63,294 bases of DNA, taken from contig CAYXZQ010000003.1 of NCBI GenBank assembly GCA_964469935.1, positions 1-63,294 of the forward strand, read 5' to 3'. Position numbers and translations under genes: made by a program. Below, piece by piece: positions 54,551 to 62,908 of the stretch (the stretch's first letter is position 1; each line of letters starts with the position of its first letter). Below the pieces are notes generated by a model. It made no database searches. It saw only the letters and a list, made by a program, of their open reading frames with translations, and was not told the origin of the DNA. This DNA comes from an uncultured Methanosarcinales archaeon (GTDB lineage: Archaea; Nanobdellota; Nanobdellia; Woesearchaeales; DSVV01).

Positions 54551-54832
54551 TCACTTCTCCTCCCTGGTCATTATTATTGCTCCGAACGGGCATGCCTTTG
54601 CGCATATCCCGCATCCCTTGCAGTAATCGTAATTTATCTCGAATTTCTCGTTTATCGCCATGTCAGGGCAGAACATCCAGCAAAAGCTGCAGTTCGTGCA
54701 TTTCTTCGGGTCCTTGAGAGGCTTCATCACCCGCCAGCTCCCTGTCTTGTTGTTCATGGAGTTGCCAGGTTCTGTTATCACAGCCCCGAGGTTGAACTTC
54801 AACCCTGCCTTCTGTTTTCGCTTCTTTTTCAT
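54551..54832 (-). CDS. porD: pyruvate:ferredoxin oxidoreductase delta subunit (2x[4Fe-4S])
   Basis: CTNCSFCWMFCPD...CKGCGICAKACP. Confidence 0.9.
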   Translation of the reverse strand: MKKKRKQKAGLKFNLGAVITEPGNSMNNKTGSWRVMKPLKDPKKCTNCSFCWMFCPDMAINEKFEINYDYCKGCGICAKACPFGAIIMTREEK

Positions 54833-55380
54833 CTTGTTGCCTTGTATACGGCCTCGATGGCCTGCTTGTTTAGCTCGGTTATCTTCGGCCCCTTTGTGTT
54901 GTAGAATACCTCGTCCACGGCCTTCTTGAGCGACCTGATGCTGACAAGCCCTGTGATCTTTGAGAATGCCCCGAGCATCGGGGTGTTTACTATCGCCCTG
55001 TGGAAGATGCCGAGCGCGATCTCAGTGGCATTGACGACATGGATGTCGAAATCTCCCTTGATACCGAGTTCCTTTGCGCTCTTGTTCGAATTGATTATCA
55101 GCGCGCCCTTCTTCTTGAGGCCCTTTGTCACGTCGACCGTCGCGAGAAGGGACGGATCGAGGACCAGCGCGATGTCAGGCTCATATACCTCTGACCTGAG
55201 CTGGATGGGCTTCTTGTCGATCCTTGCGAATGCCGCCACAGGCGCACCCGCCCTCTCGACCCCGAACATCGGGAATGTCTGGGAATACATCCCGTCATGG
55301 AACGCCCCTATAGCCATGAGCTGGCCTGTCGTGACTCCTCCCTGGCCGCCTCTTCCATGGATACGTATCTCGAACATCAA
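54829..55380 (-). CDS. porG: pyruvate:ferredoxin oxidoreductase gamma subunit
   Basis: MFEIRIHGRGGQGGVTTGQLMA...FGVERAGAPV. Confidence 0.9.
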   Translation of the reverse strand: MMFEIRIHGRGGQGGVTTGQLMAIGAFHDGMYSQTFPMFGVERAGAPVAAFARIDKKPIQLRSEVYEPDIALVLDPSLLATVDVTKGLKKKGALIINSNKSAKELGIKGDFDIHVVNATEIALGIFHRAIVNTPMLGAFSKITGLVSIRSLKKAVDEVFYNTKGPKITELNKQAIEAVYKATR

Positions 55381-55476
55381 TTATTGACGTTCGGGAATTA
55401 ATATTTATAATTTTCTGTTTTATTTGACTATCGCAAAATGCTAAAATTTTTATAAAGGGACGCTATCCAGGGATCC

Positions 55477-56214
55477 ATGAAGGACAGCAATTTCCTGAAG
55501 AAGTATTATGCTGGGAATCTTGAAATCACAAAAAAAAGGCTAAGGGATTCGATCTCTGATGATAACTTCATAGGCCAGTGCATAAGCAATATCGAGGATA
55601 TCGAGAAGGCTGCAAACATGCTCTCAAAAAGGCTGAGGGAGTGGTATGAGCTGAAAAATCCTGAATTCTCAAGGGATGTCGGCAGTCATGAGAGCTTCGT
55701 ACGCCTGATTATCGAAGGAAAGGAAGCCAGGTCCCGGGATTCGATGGGCGTTGAACTTGACAGGACTGATTATGAACCCATCATGCGCCTCGCTCGAGAG
55801 ATAGCTTCCCTCTACAGTCTAAGGGATAAGCAGGAGGCCTATCTTGAGAAGAAGATGAGAAGCCACTGCCCGAACATCACCGAGGTCGCGGGTAGCCTGC
55901 TAGGAGCAAGGCTGCTTTCTCACGCAGGGAGCCTCAGGAAGCTATCTATCATGACTGCATCGAAGATACAACTCATCGGAGCTGAAAAGGCTCTCTTTCG
56001 CCACATGAGGACAGGAGCAAAGGCCCCTAAACATGGCATCATACTCCATCATCCGCTGCTCCAGAACGCGAAGGCAGGACAGAGAGGCAAGGCTGCAAGG
56101 GCACTTGCCGACAAGATAGCGATTGCTGCAAAGGTGGATTATTTCAAGGGCGAATTCGTAGGCAGCAGGCTGAAAGCTGAGCTCGAGAAAAAGATCACAG
56201 CAATCGAAAGATGA
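55477..56214 (+). CDS. nop5: Nop5 (Nop56/58)-like protein, short form lacking the N-terminal domain
   Basis: NOSIC/Nop blocks: LREWYELKNPEFS, VAGSLLGARLLSHAGSLRKLS, GAEKALFRHMRTGAKAPKHGIILHHPLL, RGKAARALADKIAIAAKVDYF. Only 245 aa. Confidence 0.75.
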   Translation: MKDSNFLKKYYAGNLEITKKRLRDSISDDNFIGQCISNIEDIEKAANMLSKRLREWYELKNPEFSRDVGSHESFVRLIIEGKEARSRDSMGVELDRTDYEPIMRLAREIASLYSLRDKQEAYLEKKMRSHCPNITEVAGSLLGARLLSHAGSLRKLSIMTASKIQLIGAEKALFRHMRTGAKAPKHGIILHHPLLQNAKAGQRGKAARALADKIAIAAKVDYFKGEFVGSRLKAELEKKITAIER

Positions 56215-56879
56215 TAGAGGTCATTGCCTGGATAATACTTACCCTACTTGTGGCGAGCCTGAGCGCAATCTCCGCAAGAAAGCACGGGCCTGAATACATA
56301 ATAGGCCTTTATGCCGCGATGGCAGTCATCGCGAATGTCATAGCAGGAAAGATTGTTGTATTCGCCTACTGGAGCATACCTGCAGGCGTCATAGTCTATG
56401 CGTCGACTTTCCTGCTGACAGACATGCTCTCGGAATTCTACGGAAAGAAGGCAGCTAGAAAGGCTGTCTGGGCTGGATTTTTCGGAAACGTAATGCTGGT
56501 CCTCAGCGTCTGGATAGCAATCCGCTGGCAGGCAGCGCCTTTCTGGCTGGACCAGCAGGCATTCACTGCGGTTCTCGGCAATACCTGGAGAATCGTCCTT
56601 GCATCCCTGGCAGCCTATCTTGTGAGCCAGAACCATGACATCTGGGCTTATGATTTCTGGAAGAAGCTCACCAAGGGAAGGCATCTCTGGCTGAGGAACA
56701 ATGCCTCGACAATGGTCAGCCAACTCCTTGACACTGTCATATTCATAACAATCGGGTTCTACGGCCTATTTCCGGTCCTGCCCATGATTATCGGCCAGTA
56801 CATAGTCAAGATCATCATCGCGCTTCTCGACACGCCGTACCTCTATGCTGTCAGGTGGTACTACCGCCTTCGGAGATAG
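56211..56879 (+). CDS. yhhQ: YhhQ/VUT-family queuosine-precursor transporter
   Basis: YASTFLLTDMLSEFYGKKAARKAVWAGF...SQNHDIWAYDFWKKLTKGRHLWLRNNASTMVSQLLDTVIF. Confidence 0.75.
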   Translation: MIEVIAWIILTLLVASLSAISARKHGPEYIIGLYAAMAVIANVIAGKIVVFAYWSIPAGVIVYASTFLLTDMLSEFYGKKAARKAVWAGFFGNVMLVLSVWIAIRWQAAPFWLDQQAFTAVLGNTWRIVLASLAAYLVSQNHDIWAYDFWKKLTKGRHLWLRNNASTMVSQLLDTVIFITIGFYGLFPVLPMIIGQYIVKIIIALLDTPYLYAVRWYYRLRR

Positions 56880-58063
56880 ATCTTCGTCGTCTTTCCGCGT
56901 GTGATGAAAGGCTCGAGAAGGTTGATGATGTCAGGATGCACATCGCCACTGTTCATCTTCTTTGCAAGCTCATAGACATTGACTGTCTCAAGCTCGTCCC
57001 AGAGCCCTGCCTTCCTTATGGTCTCAAAAAACGCATCCTGGAGCGGGTCGTCTTTCTTCGGGAAGCTGAGCCGCGGATACGAACGGACAGCTGCTGAGAA
57101 TTTATCGCCATAGACAATATCCACGCCCTTTTTTTCAGAATAGGCTGCCAGCGCCTCCCTTACCTTCTCAAGCTCAGCCTCACCCTCCTTTATCTTCTCT
57201 GAAAGTTCTGCATATCTCTTGACGAGGACCACTCCCTCTTCTTTCAGGTACTCGTTCTTCTCAAGCTTTTCTGTCTCATAGAGGTGGGCGAATTCAGGGC
57301 ATATCGACCTAAACTGGCACCAGTCGCAGAGGGCAGAAGTGCTAGCCGGAAATTCCCTTGTTGCCTCAAGCCTTGCTATCAGCTGGAGAATCTCCTGCCT
57401 GAGATCCGCAAGCTCCTGGCCTGTCCTTGACGATTCCAGTTCCTTGTCAAAGGCGAGGAAATGCCATATAAGCCTGACCTTCTTTGCATCTGGATACATC
57501 TGCCGGACCCCGTATTCGTATATCGCAAGCTGCCTGTCCTTGTCCAGGAACTCCTGGGAAGGCAGGGTGTTTGAAGTCTTGTAATCGTGGATCTCATAGG
57601 AGCCATCAGGGCCGATTGCCAGCCTGTCTATCTTTATGTGTATCCGGTTCCTGTCATCAAGCGAAGCCGTATTGCTCGTCTCAAGCCCGATTGTCCTCGA
57701 CTGGTCGAAAGGCCTGTACCTTTTGAAGAAATCACTGATATACCTCTCGCCCATCCTCATGTAATTCTCAGCCGAGTACTCCTTCCTAACAATAAGTATG
57801 CCGTCATTCCAGTTCTCCTCCCATAGGCTGCTGAAGAGCTCAAGCAGTTCCTTGAGCTCAGGCATCTTCTGGAATCTGATGTCCTTGTACAGCTTCTCGA
57901 GGACCTTGTGCACCATCGAGCCCAAAAACGCCTCTGCTGTCTGGTCGATATCTGTCTTGACCCTGTCGATATACTGGTACTTGAACCTGAGCCTGCACTG
58001 CTCGAATGTCGAAAGCCTTGAATAAGAATAGAGGGCCATGAGGGACAAGAACGCACGATTCAT
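56861..58063 (-). CDS. PD-(D/E)xK nuclease with Cas4/AddB-like four-Cys cluster
   Basis: SYSRLSTFEQCRLRF, IDRLAIG...YEIHDYKT, QLAIYEY, C-terminal CDWCQFRSICPEF. Confidence 0.7.
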   Translation of the reverse strand: MNRAFLSLMALYSYSRLSTFEQCRLRFKYQYIDRVKTDIDQTAEAFLGSMVHKVLEKLYKDIRFQKMPELKELLELFSSLWEENWNDGILIVRKEYSAENYMRMGERYISDFFKRYRPFDQSRTIGLETSNTASLDDRNRIHIKIDRLAIGPDGSYEIHDYKTSNTLPSQEFLDKDRQLAIYEYGVRQMYPDAKKVRLIWHFLAFDKELESSRTGQELADLRQEILQLIARLEATREFPASTSALCDWCQFRSICPEFAHLYETEKLEKNEYLKEEGVVLVKRYAELSEKIKEGEAELEKVREALAAYSEKKGVDIVYGDKFSAAVRSYPRLSFPKKDDPLQDAFFETIRKAGLWDELETVNVYELAKKMNSGDVHPDIINLLEPFITRGKTTKIYLRRR

Positions 58064-58072
58064 TTAAAAAGC

Positions 58073-58756
58073 TTATGCCGGAGAGTCCAGTGACCTCAAC
58101 ACTTTCTTCAGGTCTGTGATGTCATTAAGGACAAAATCAGAGCCCTTGCCGTCTCTGCTGCCCGTTGTGTTCCCGTATCTTGCAAAAGCGGTCTTCATCC
58201 CGAGCCTTTTTGCCCCGGCGATGTCCCGCTCAGGCCAGTCCCCTACCATGAGGCACTCGCCAGGTACGACTTTCAGCGCAGCAAGAGCCTTGAGAAACGG
58301 CTTCTCTGACGGTTTTTTCTCCCTGGTGTCATCGTAGGTCACTATGATGTCGAAGAAATCATCAAGAGACATCGCTGCAAGCCTAAGCCAAGCCTGCTGC
58401 CTGGGTGCATCAGAGACGACCGCAAGCTTCATCCCCATCTCCTTGAGAGCAATCAGGGTTGGCTTTGTGCCTGGATAGGGTGCGAGGAACCCGGCCTTGA
58501 CCCTCCTGTAGGCGAGAATCGCGTGCGCGAGAATCTTCGGGTCGACCCTGCCGATGGCTTTCTTAAGAAACCTCTGGAATATCCTCTGGTCCTCGATATC
58601 CTTGACGTACATCTCATGGATGACCTTTTTTGCCTTCTGCTTGGACATCGCAAGCCCGGTGTCTATCATAGCGTCAATTGCGGCATCAATGCAGTAGTCC
58701 TTCATGCGCATCAGGTCGATGAGAGTGTTGTCAAGATCGAATATGACTGCCTTCAT
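58073..58756 (-). CDS. HAD-superfamily hydrolase (subfamily IA)
   Basis: MKAVIFDLDNTLID...VVSDAPR...MVGDWPERDI. Confidence 0.8.
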   Translation of the reverse strand: MKAVIFDLDNTLIDLMRMKDYCIDAAIDAMIDTGLAMSKQKAKKVIHEMYVKDIEDQRIFQRFLKKAIGRVDPKILAHAILAYRRVKAGFLAPYPGTKPTLIALKEMGMKLAVVSDAPRQQAWLRLAAMSLDDFFDIIVTYDDTREKKPSEKPFLKALAALKVVPGECLMVGDWPERDIAGAKRLGMKTAFARYGNTTGSRDGKGSDFVLNDITDLKKVLRSLDSPA

Positions 58757-58795
58757 GATAATGGATTATTGCACGGCATTTATAAAGATTGCCCT

Positions 58796-59830
58796 TCAGC
58801 TTTCTGAAGGCAGCAAGGCTGCCACCTGCACGACCCTGGTCGGCCTCTCTGCCTCGCTTACGTCCTGGACCTTTATTTCTCCGTTACGCCCTGAGTAGGA
58901 ATATACCCCTGTGACCCTGAAAAGAGACCTTGACATGACGCCCTTGTGGAACAGCAGCTTCTGGCTTGAAGAGAGTCCTGTCAGCCTTATCTGGTCTCCG
59001 AAATCATCGACAATCGTATATACATTGTTGTAGAGGCCGTTGTCATTGACCCTGACGAGGTCGAACCTGAGAAACCCTGTAATGCTGACTACCTTGCTGT
59101 CATTGCTCCTCCCCAGGTTCTCATATGAGATGTTCTGGGCTGTAGTCCTGTTCACGTATCTGGTGTCCTGAACATGCCTTGCAGCTTTGTCGCTGACCGG
59201 CGATGTGATCGATTCCATCCCGTTCCTTATCCCAAGGATGCTGTATTTGTCAGCCACAAGTATTATTATTACAAGAAGCACTACAGCGAGCATGAGCATC
59301 TTAAACACCCTTCTCCTGTGAACCGCCGGATAATCTATGAATGCTTTCTCAAGCTCTGTCTTGTGGCTTGAATCAGGCCCGCCGGCTGACCGTAGGGGAT
59401 CCTCAACATGGGCCGGCTTTCTGGATCTTTTTTTATTCTGGACAGGATGGTCATCTTCAGGACTGCCTGTAAGCAGCCTGCTTATCTTCCTTTCCTCATC
59501 GATCCTTGTCTCTGTCTTTTTCCAGGGAGCTTTTATTATGTACCCGTCCTCAGGGTCGGTGTTTTTATTCTGCTCCCTCAGAAGGCTCTTGAGTACGTCC
59601 TCCCTGCTCTTCTTCCTTCGCTTGGACCGGACCTTTTTTTTTTTTGCAGCCTTCTTAGCGGTCACGGCATCCTTGTCGGAATCAGCTGCTGTAGAAGCTG
59701 ATTTTTTGCGGCTGTCCATTTGGCCTGCGCTAATATTCTCATCATCTATCAGGAATTCCTCCTCGTCAAGGATATCCCTGAGAACGTCTTTCTCATCTGG
59801 GCTTTTGCCGCCCGTCCCTCTTTTTGCCAT
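58796..59830 (-). CDS. single-pass membrane protein with polybasic N-terminal region
   Basis: ...TAKKAAKKKKVRSKRRKKSRED..., encoded partly by an in-frame A12 run at 59634-59645. TM MLMLAVVLLVIIILV. C-terminal beta-rich domain. Confidence 0.55.
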   Translation of the reverse strand: MAKRGTGGKSPDEKDVLRDILDEEEFLIDDENISAGQMDSRKKSASTAADSDKDAVTAKKAAKKKKVRSKRRKKSREDVLKSLLREQNKNTDPEDGYIIKAPWKKTETRIDEERKISRLLTGSPEDDHPVQNKKRSRKPAHVEDPLRSAGGPDSSHKTELEKAFIDYPAVHRRRVFKMLMLAVVLLVIIILVADKYSILGIRNGMESITSPVSDKAARHVQDTRYVNRTTAQNISYENLGRSNDSKVVSITGFLRFDLVRVNDNGLYNNVYTIVDDFGDQIRLTGLSSSQKLLFHKGVMSRSLFRVTGVYSYSGRNGEIKVQDVSEAERPTRVVQVAALLPSES

Positions 59831-59947
59831 TGGAGGATTTGGGGGGTCTTGTTATATAAATTTTATTCTTTTACAGCCGCCATTGATGCTCCGGCCCATC
59901 CAAAACTTTTAAATACCCTGGCCGATTCTCGCTTATAGACACTGCTT

Positions 59948-60051
59948 GCGGCAGTAGTCTAATGGCTACGACCATTGCTGATGCAATGCGTCGCCATAAA
60001 GGACACTACCCTGCCACGGTGGTAATCCGGGTTCAAATCCCGGCTGCCGCA
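59948..60051 (+). tRNA. tRNA-Gly(GCC) with a ~32-nt intron inside the D-loop
   Basis: GCGGCAG/CTGCCGC acceptor, GTCT...GGAC D stem, CTACC-CTGCCAC-GGTGG anticodon arm, CCGGG-TTCAAAT-CCCGG T arm. D-loop region 59961-60000 is 40 nt and contains hairpin CGAC-C-ATTGC-TGAT-GCAAT-GC-GTCG. Confidence 0.75.
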
Positions 60052-60060
60052 TTTTTTCTT
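60036..60060. repeat. 25-nt direct repeat, copy 1 (last 16 nt of tRNA-Gly plus TTTTTTCTT)
   Basis: aatcccggctgccgcattttttctt recurs at 60151-60175. Confidence 0.95.
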
Positions 60061-60150
60061 ATCTCCTAATTGATTCTTTCCGGAATTTGAACATCAGCGG
60101 AAAACCAGCGTTTTCCTTGAACCCTCGTCCATTCGAAATGAACTTCGGGT
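60061..60150 (+). other. tRNA-trailer element, copy 1 (conserved core 60080-60150)
   Basis: Core aligns by eye with 63060-63131: shared TTTGAACATC, GAAAACC-(C/T)AGC-G(G)TTTTC hairpin, ACCCT, CATTCGAAATGA, CTTC.GGG. Confidence 0.5.
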
Positions 60151-60175
60151 AATCCCGGCTGCCGCATTTTTTCTT
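60151..60175. repeat. 25-nt direct repeat, copy 2 (orphan tRNA-Gly 3' end)
   Basis: Identical to 60036-60060. Confidence 0.95.
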
Positions 60176-60223
60176 TAACCATGTATCCATAATTATTTAT
60201 ACACATTTGACTTATCCTTCCTC

Positions 60224-60709
60224 ATGAAAGAAAAAGGATGGGGAACTGTACTTGTCGTAATTGCAGCCCTCACAACAACCGTAAGCATACTGGTCAAGCT
60301 CTACATGGAAGTGCTCAAATCATGCGCCAGTTGCACGTATCTGCCTTACATGATCGTCTGGTTCATCTGCGGCCTGATGCTCGCGGCAGGGCTCATGATG
60401 AGGAGGTCGGGCGAGATCGACAGGGTGATTGCAGAGTCGAGCCTTAAAATGAACAGGGAGCTTGAGGAGGCAAAGAAAAAAGAGCGGCAGAAAGAGGAGT
60501 TCCAGAAGTTCCTGGAGGGCTTTTCAGGGCCGGAAAAAAATCTCATTGAACTCCTGCACACGTATGAAGGCATCACGCTCAAGGAGCTTGAGAAGAAAGC
60601 TGGCCTATCGAAGGAGGTATTTCACAAGACTTTCAAGAGCCTGCAGGGAAAGGAGATTGTTGCGTTAATGGACAGGGAGAAAGCCTATCTTCTGAGAATG
60701 AGCAAGTAA
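60224..60709 (+). CDS. membrane-anchored winged-HTH regulator (paralogue of 40301..40849)
   Basis: Two TM helices flank SCASCTYLPY. C-terminal PEKNLIELLHTYEGITLKELEKKAGLSKEVFHKTFKSLQGKEIV. Confidence 0.5.
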   Translation: MKEKGWGTVLVVIAALTTTVSILVKLYMEVLKSCASCTYLPYMIVWFICGLMLAAGLMMRRSGEIDRVIAESSLKMNRELEEAKKKERQKEEFQKFLEGFSGPEKNLIELLHTYEGITLKELEKKAGLSKEVFHKTFKSLQGKEIVALMDREKAYLLRMSK

Positions 60710-60725
60710 TCTTGGGCCATTTCCA

Positions 60726-61133
60726 TCAAAGCCCGAAGTCTATTGCATACTGCTCAATCAGGCTGCAGATGGAATCGGGTTTCGGGAGCATCCTTGCATC
60801 CCTGATGTTGAACCAGCCCCAGGAGAGTATTTCCTCATTGGGTATCACATGGGTCCTTGAAGCTCTAGCGTAAAAATCGATGAAGCGAAAGACAATCCCT
60901 GGCTTCTTGTAATACTTTCCAGGCGTTATTATCTTTTCATTAACCAGTTTAATTTCCGAGAGCCCTATCCGCATCTCTTCCCTCACCTCTCTTTTGAAAG
61001 CCACCTCGAATGACTCCTTGCTTTTCACACCGCCGCCAGGGACGATGTACCCCTCCCAGTCACGATGGGTAATCAGGAAGACCCGGTAGGATTCGTCATA
61101 AATCACGCCCCCTACTTTTATCTGTATTACCAT
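60726..61133 (-). CDS. NUDIX hydrolase
   Basis: Nudix box GGGVKSKESFEVAFKREVREEMRI. Confidence 0.8.
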   Translation of the reverse strand: MVIQIKVGGVIYDESYRVFLITHRDWEGYIVPGGGVKSKESFEVAFKREVREEMRIGLSEIKLVNEKIITPGKYYKKPGIVFRFIDFYARASRTHVIPNEEILSWGWFNIRDARMLPKPDSICSLIEQYAIDFGL

Positions 61134-61175
61134 GGTACAGCGAATAAGACAGTATATTTAAGCCTTCCTAGGGGC

Positions 61176-61847
61176 TCATTCTGTAAGATGCTTTTTCTGG
61201 AAGAATATTATGAATAGCACAAGCGCGGTCAGGACAGTGCCTATGCCTGCGCCGAGCCAGATGCTTGCAACGAGTATTATCACAGAGAAATATACACCGA
61301 GATGCCATGACCATTCCTTCCTGTTGGCGACGCCCACATAGAGCACGCAGAAATAGACGATTGCTATTAGGTAGAGCATGCTGATGGACGGATAGTCCGC
61401 AATCGAGACAAAGGCAAGGTAACTGTATTCTATGACGCTAAGGACTATCAGGACCTTGAGGACGGCAAGCCATCCTGGCCCGGGCTGATGATGCGATTCA
61501 GTGAGCATCGGATGTACTGCCCTATGGGCTTTCTCTTCCGGCATCGCAGCTGCTTTCGGTTCCGGTGCCGGCGGCATGGATATTTTCTTTGTGGCTGCTT
61601 TGCGGGAAGTCTTCTTCACACGCCTCTTCATATTCACAGGAACACTGGATTTTTTTCGCACAGGCTTTTTTGTGTTCCTAACAGTGGTTTTTGATGATTT
61701 GCGTGGAGACCTGCCCGCTTTTTTAGAAGTCTTTCGGGCAGCCTTCTTTGCCTGTTTCTTCGGCCTGCCCGGCTTCCGGCCCGGGCTTTTTTTGACAGCC
61801 CTGGCTGACTTTTTCTTTCCCCCCTTTTTTGCCATATCAGATTGCAT
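61176..61847 (-). CDS. membrane protein with ~90-aa polybasic (K/R/P/S) N-terminal tail
   Basis: KKGGKKKSARAVKKSPGRKPGRPKKQAKKAARKTSKKAGRSPRKSSK..., then 3-4 TM helices. Confidence 0.55.
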   Translation of the reverse strand: MQSDMAKKGGKKKSARAVKKSPGRKPGRPKKQAKKAARKTSKKAGRSPRKSSKTTVRNTKKPVRKKSSVPVNMKRRVKKTSRKAATKKISMPPAPEPKAAAMPEEKAHRAVHPMLTESHHQPGPGWLAVLKVLIVLSVIEYSYLAFVSIADYPSISMLYLIAIVYFCVLYVGVANRKEWSWHLGVYFSVIILVASIWLGAGIGTVLTALVLFIIFFQKKHLTE

Positions 61848-61984
61848 GGCATCACCTATTAATAAAGTTTTTTGTTCTGCATGATAATTTATACCATCGA
61901 TTGGATTCGCTTCTTGTTATTCTTAATGAACTTTGCATTCAGTAATATTTATAAACAAGGTATTTTTCTTCTCAACCGTAAAAC

Positions 61985-62123
61985 GGGCCTGTAGCTTAGT
62001 CTGGTGGCGGTCCTGTCTTTTGACAGGATGCCGGACGATTGGAGCGCTGCTCTTATATGTGCGCGTTTCGAACAATGCTGCTGAGTCAAGCAGTGGTCGA
62101 GGGTTCAAATCCCTTCAGGCCCA
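61985..62123 (+). tRNA. tRNA-Ile(UAU) candidate with two introns (D-loop and 37/38)
   Basis: GGGCCTG/CAGGCCC acceptor, GCTT...GAGC D stem split by ~35 nt containing hairpin TCCTGTC-TTTT-GACAGGA. CTGCT/AGCAG anticodon stem, with CTTA/TGAG central helix and bulges TAT and TCA giving loop CUUAUAA. GAGGG-TTCAAAT-CCCTT T arm. Confidence 0.6.
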
Positions 62124-62821
62124 TTTTTTTCTAAATTATTTTCAGAATTATAATTCTCCGCAGACTTCTCGAACAATTTCACGATTCTCGTCATCTCATC
62201 CAGGTATTGCCGGAGCTGTGCAGGCTTGACCTTCCTTGAGCGCCTGTAGATGATGATGTCGTTGCCCTTTGCCTCAATAGTATATATAATTGCTGCTCTT
62301 TCGAAAAACTCAAGCACTTCGGGTTTGAAGAGCTTTCTCACTCCTGCTTCATCTCCCCTCAGGATGTATTTGTCTGAAAATGCCGGATGAGTGTCGAAAT
62401 CAATGTCCTGATACCCGAACTTCTCGGCAAGCTTAAGAAAGACATGCTCCTTGCCAAGGAAGAATCCTGGAAGGCTGGATTTGATTTCTGCAGAGACCAC
62501 TGTCTGGTTGGAGGTGTTTGAACTTTTGCCCCCGCCTGTGGTGTACCTGTAGTCGAATATTCTCCATGAGACTTGGTCCTTGCTCCCCTGCAAGAAGTTC
62601 CTTATTCTCTTGCTGTGTCCCTGGTTGAACAATCTGAAGACTGAAATAGCATGGATCTCACTCATCTCTTTTTTCGGCGAAAAGGAAAAGCCCATCATCT
62701 GGGCTGCTTTTTTCATCGCCTCTGTCCTCTGCTTCTGTAATCTGTATGCTAGGAGAAGTATGCACCCTACTACGACAATCGTGCCACCGATTATATAAGT
62801 AGCTTTCGTAAAATCATCCAT
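62105..62821 (-). CDS. membrane-anchored protein, unknown function (DUF3137-like?)
   Basis: Trimmed to MDDFTKATYIIGGTIVVVGCILLLAY. The 3' end overlaps the tRNA 3' end on the other strand by 19 nt. Confidence 0.5.
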   Translation of the reverse strand: MDDFTKATYIIGGTIVVVGCILLLAYRLQKQRTEAMKKAAQMMGFSFSPKKEMSEIHAISVFRLFNQGHSKRIRNFLQGSKDQVSWRIFDYRYTTGGGKSSNTSNQTVVSAEIKSSLPGFFLGKEHVFLKLAEKFGYQDIDFDTHPAFSDKYILRGDEAGVRKLFKPEVLEFFERAAIIYTIEAKGNDIIIYRRSRKVKPAQLRQYLDEMTRIVKLFEKSAENYNSENNLEKNGPEGI

Positions 62822-62908
62822 GAAGATTATAGAAGGATTAAAGTATATATTACTTGCGGTGCAAATCGAAGAATATAAAAAGGACTTCAAAAAACACAGG
62901 AACATCAC

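Noticed and set aside
60061-60150. Box C/D or H/ACA sRNA encoded in the tRNA trailers or in the long tRNA-Arg intron
   Set aside because: I could not find a convincing C box (RUGAUGA) paired with a D box (CUGA), or ACA-type ends, in these segments.
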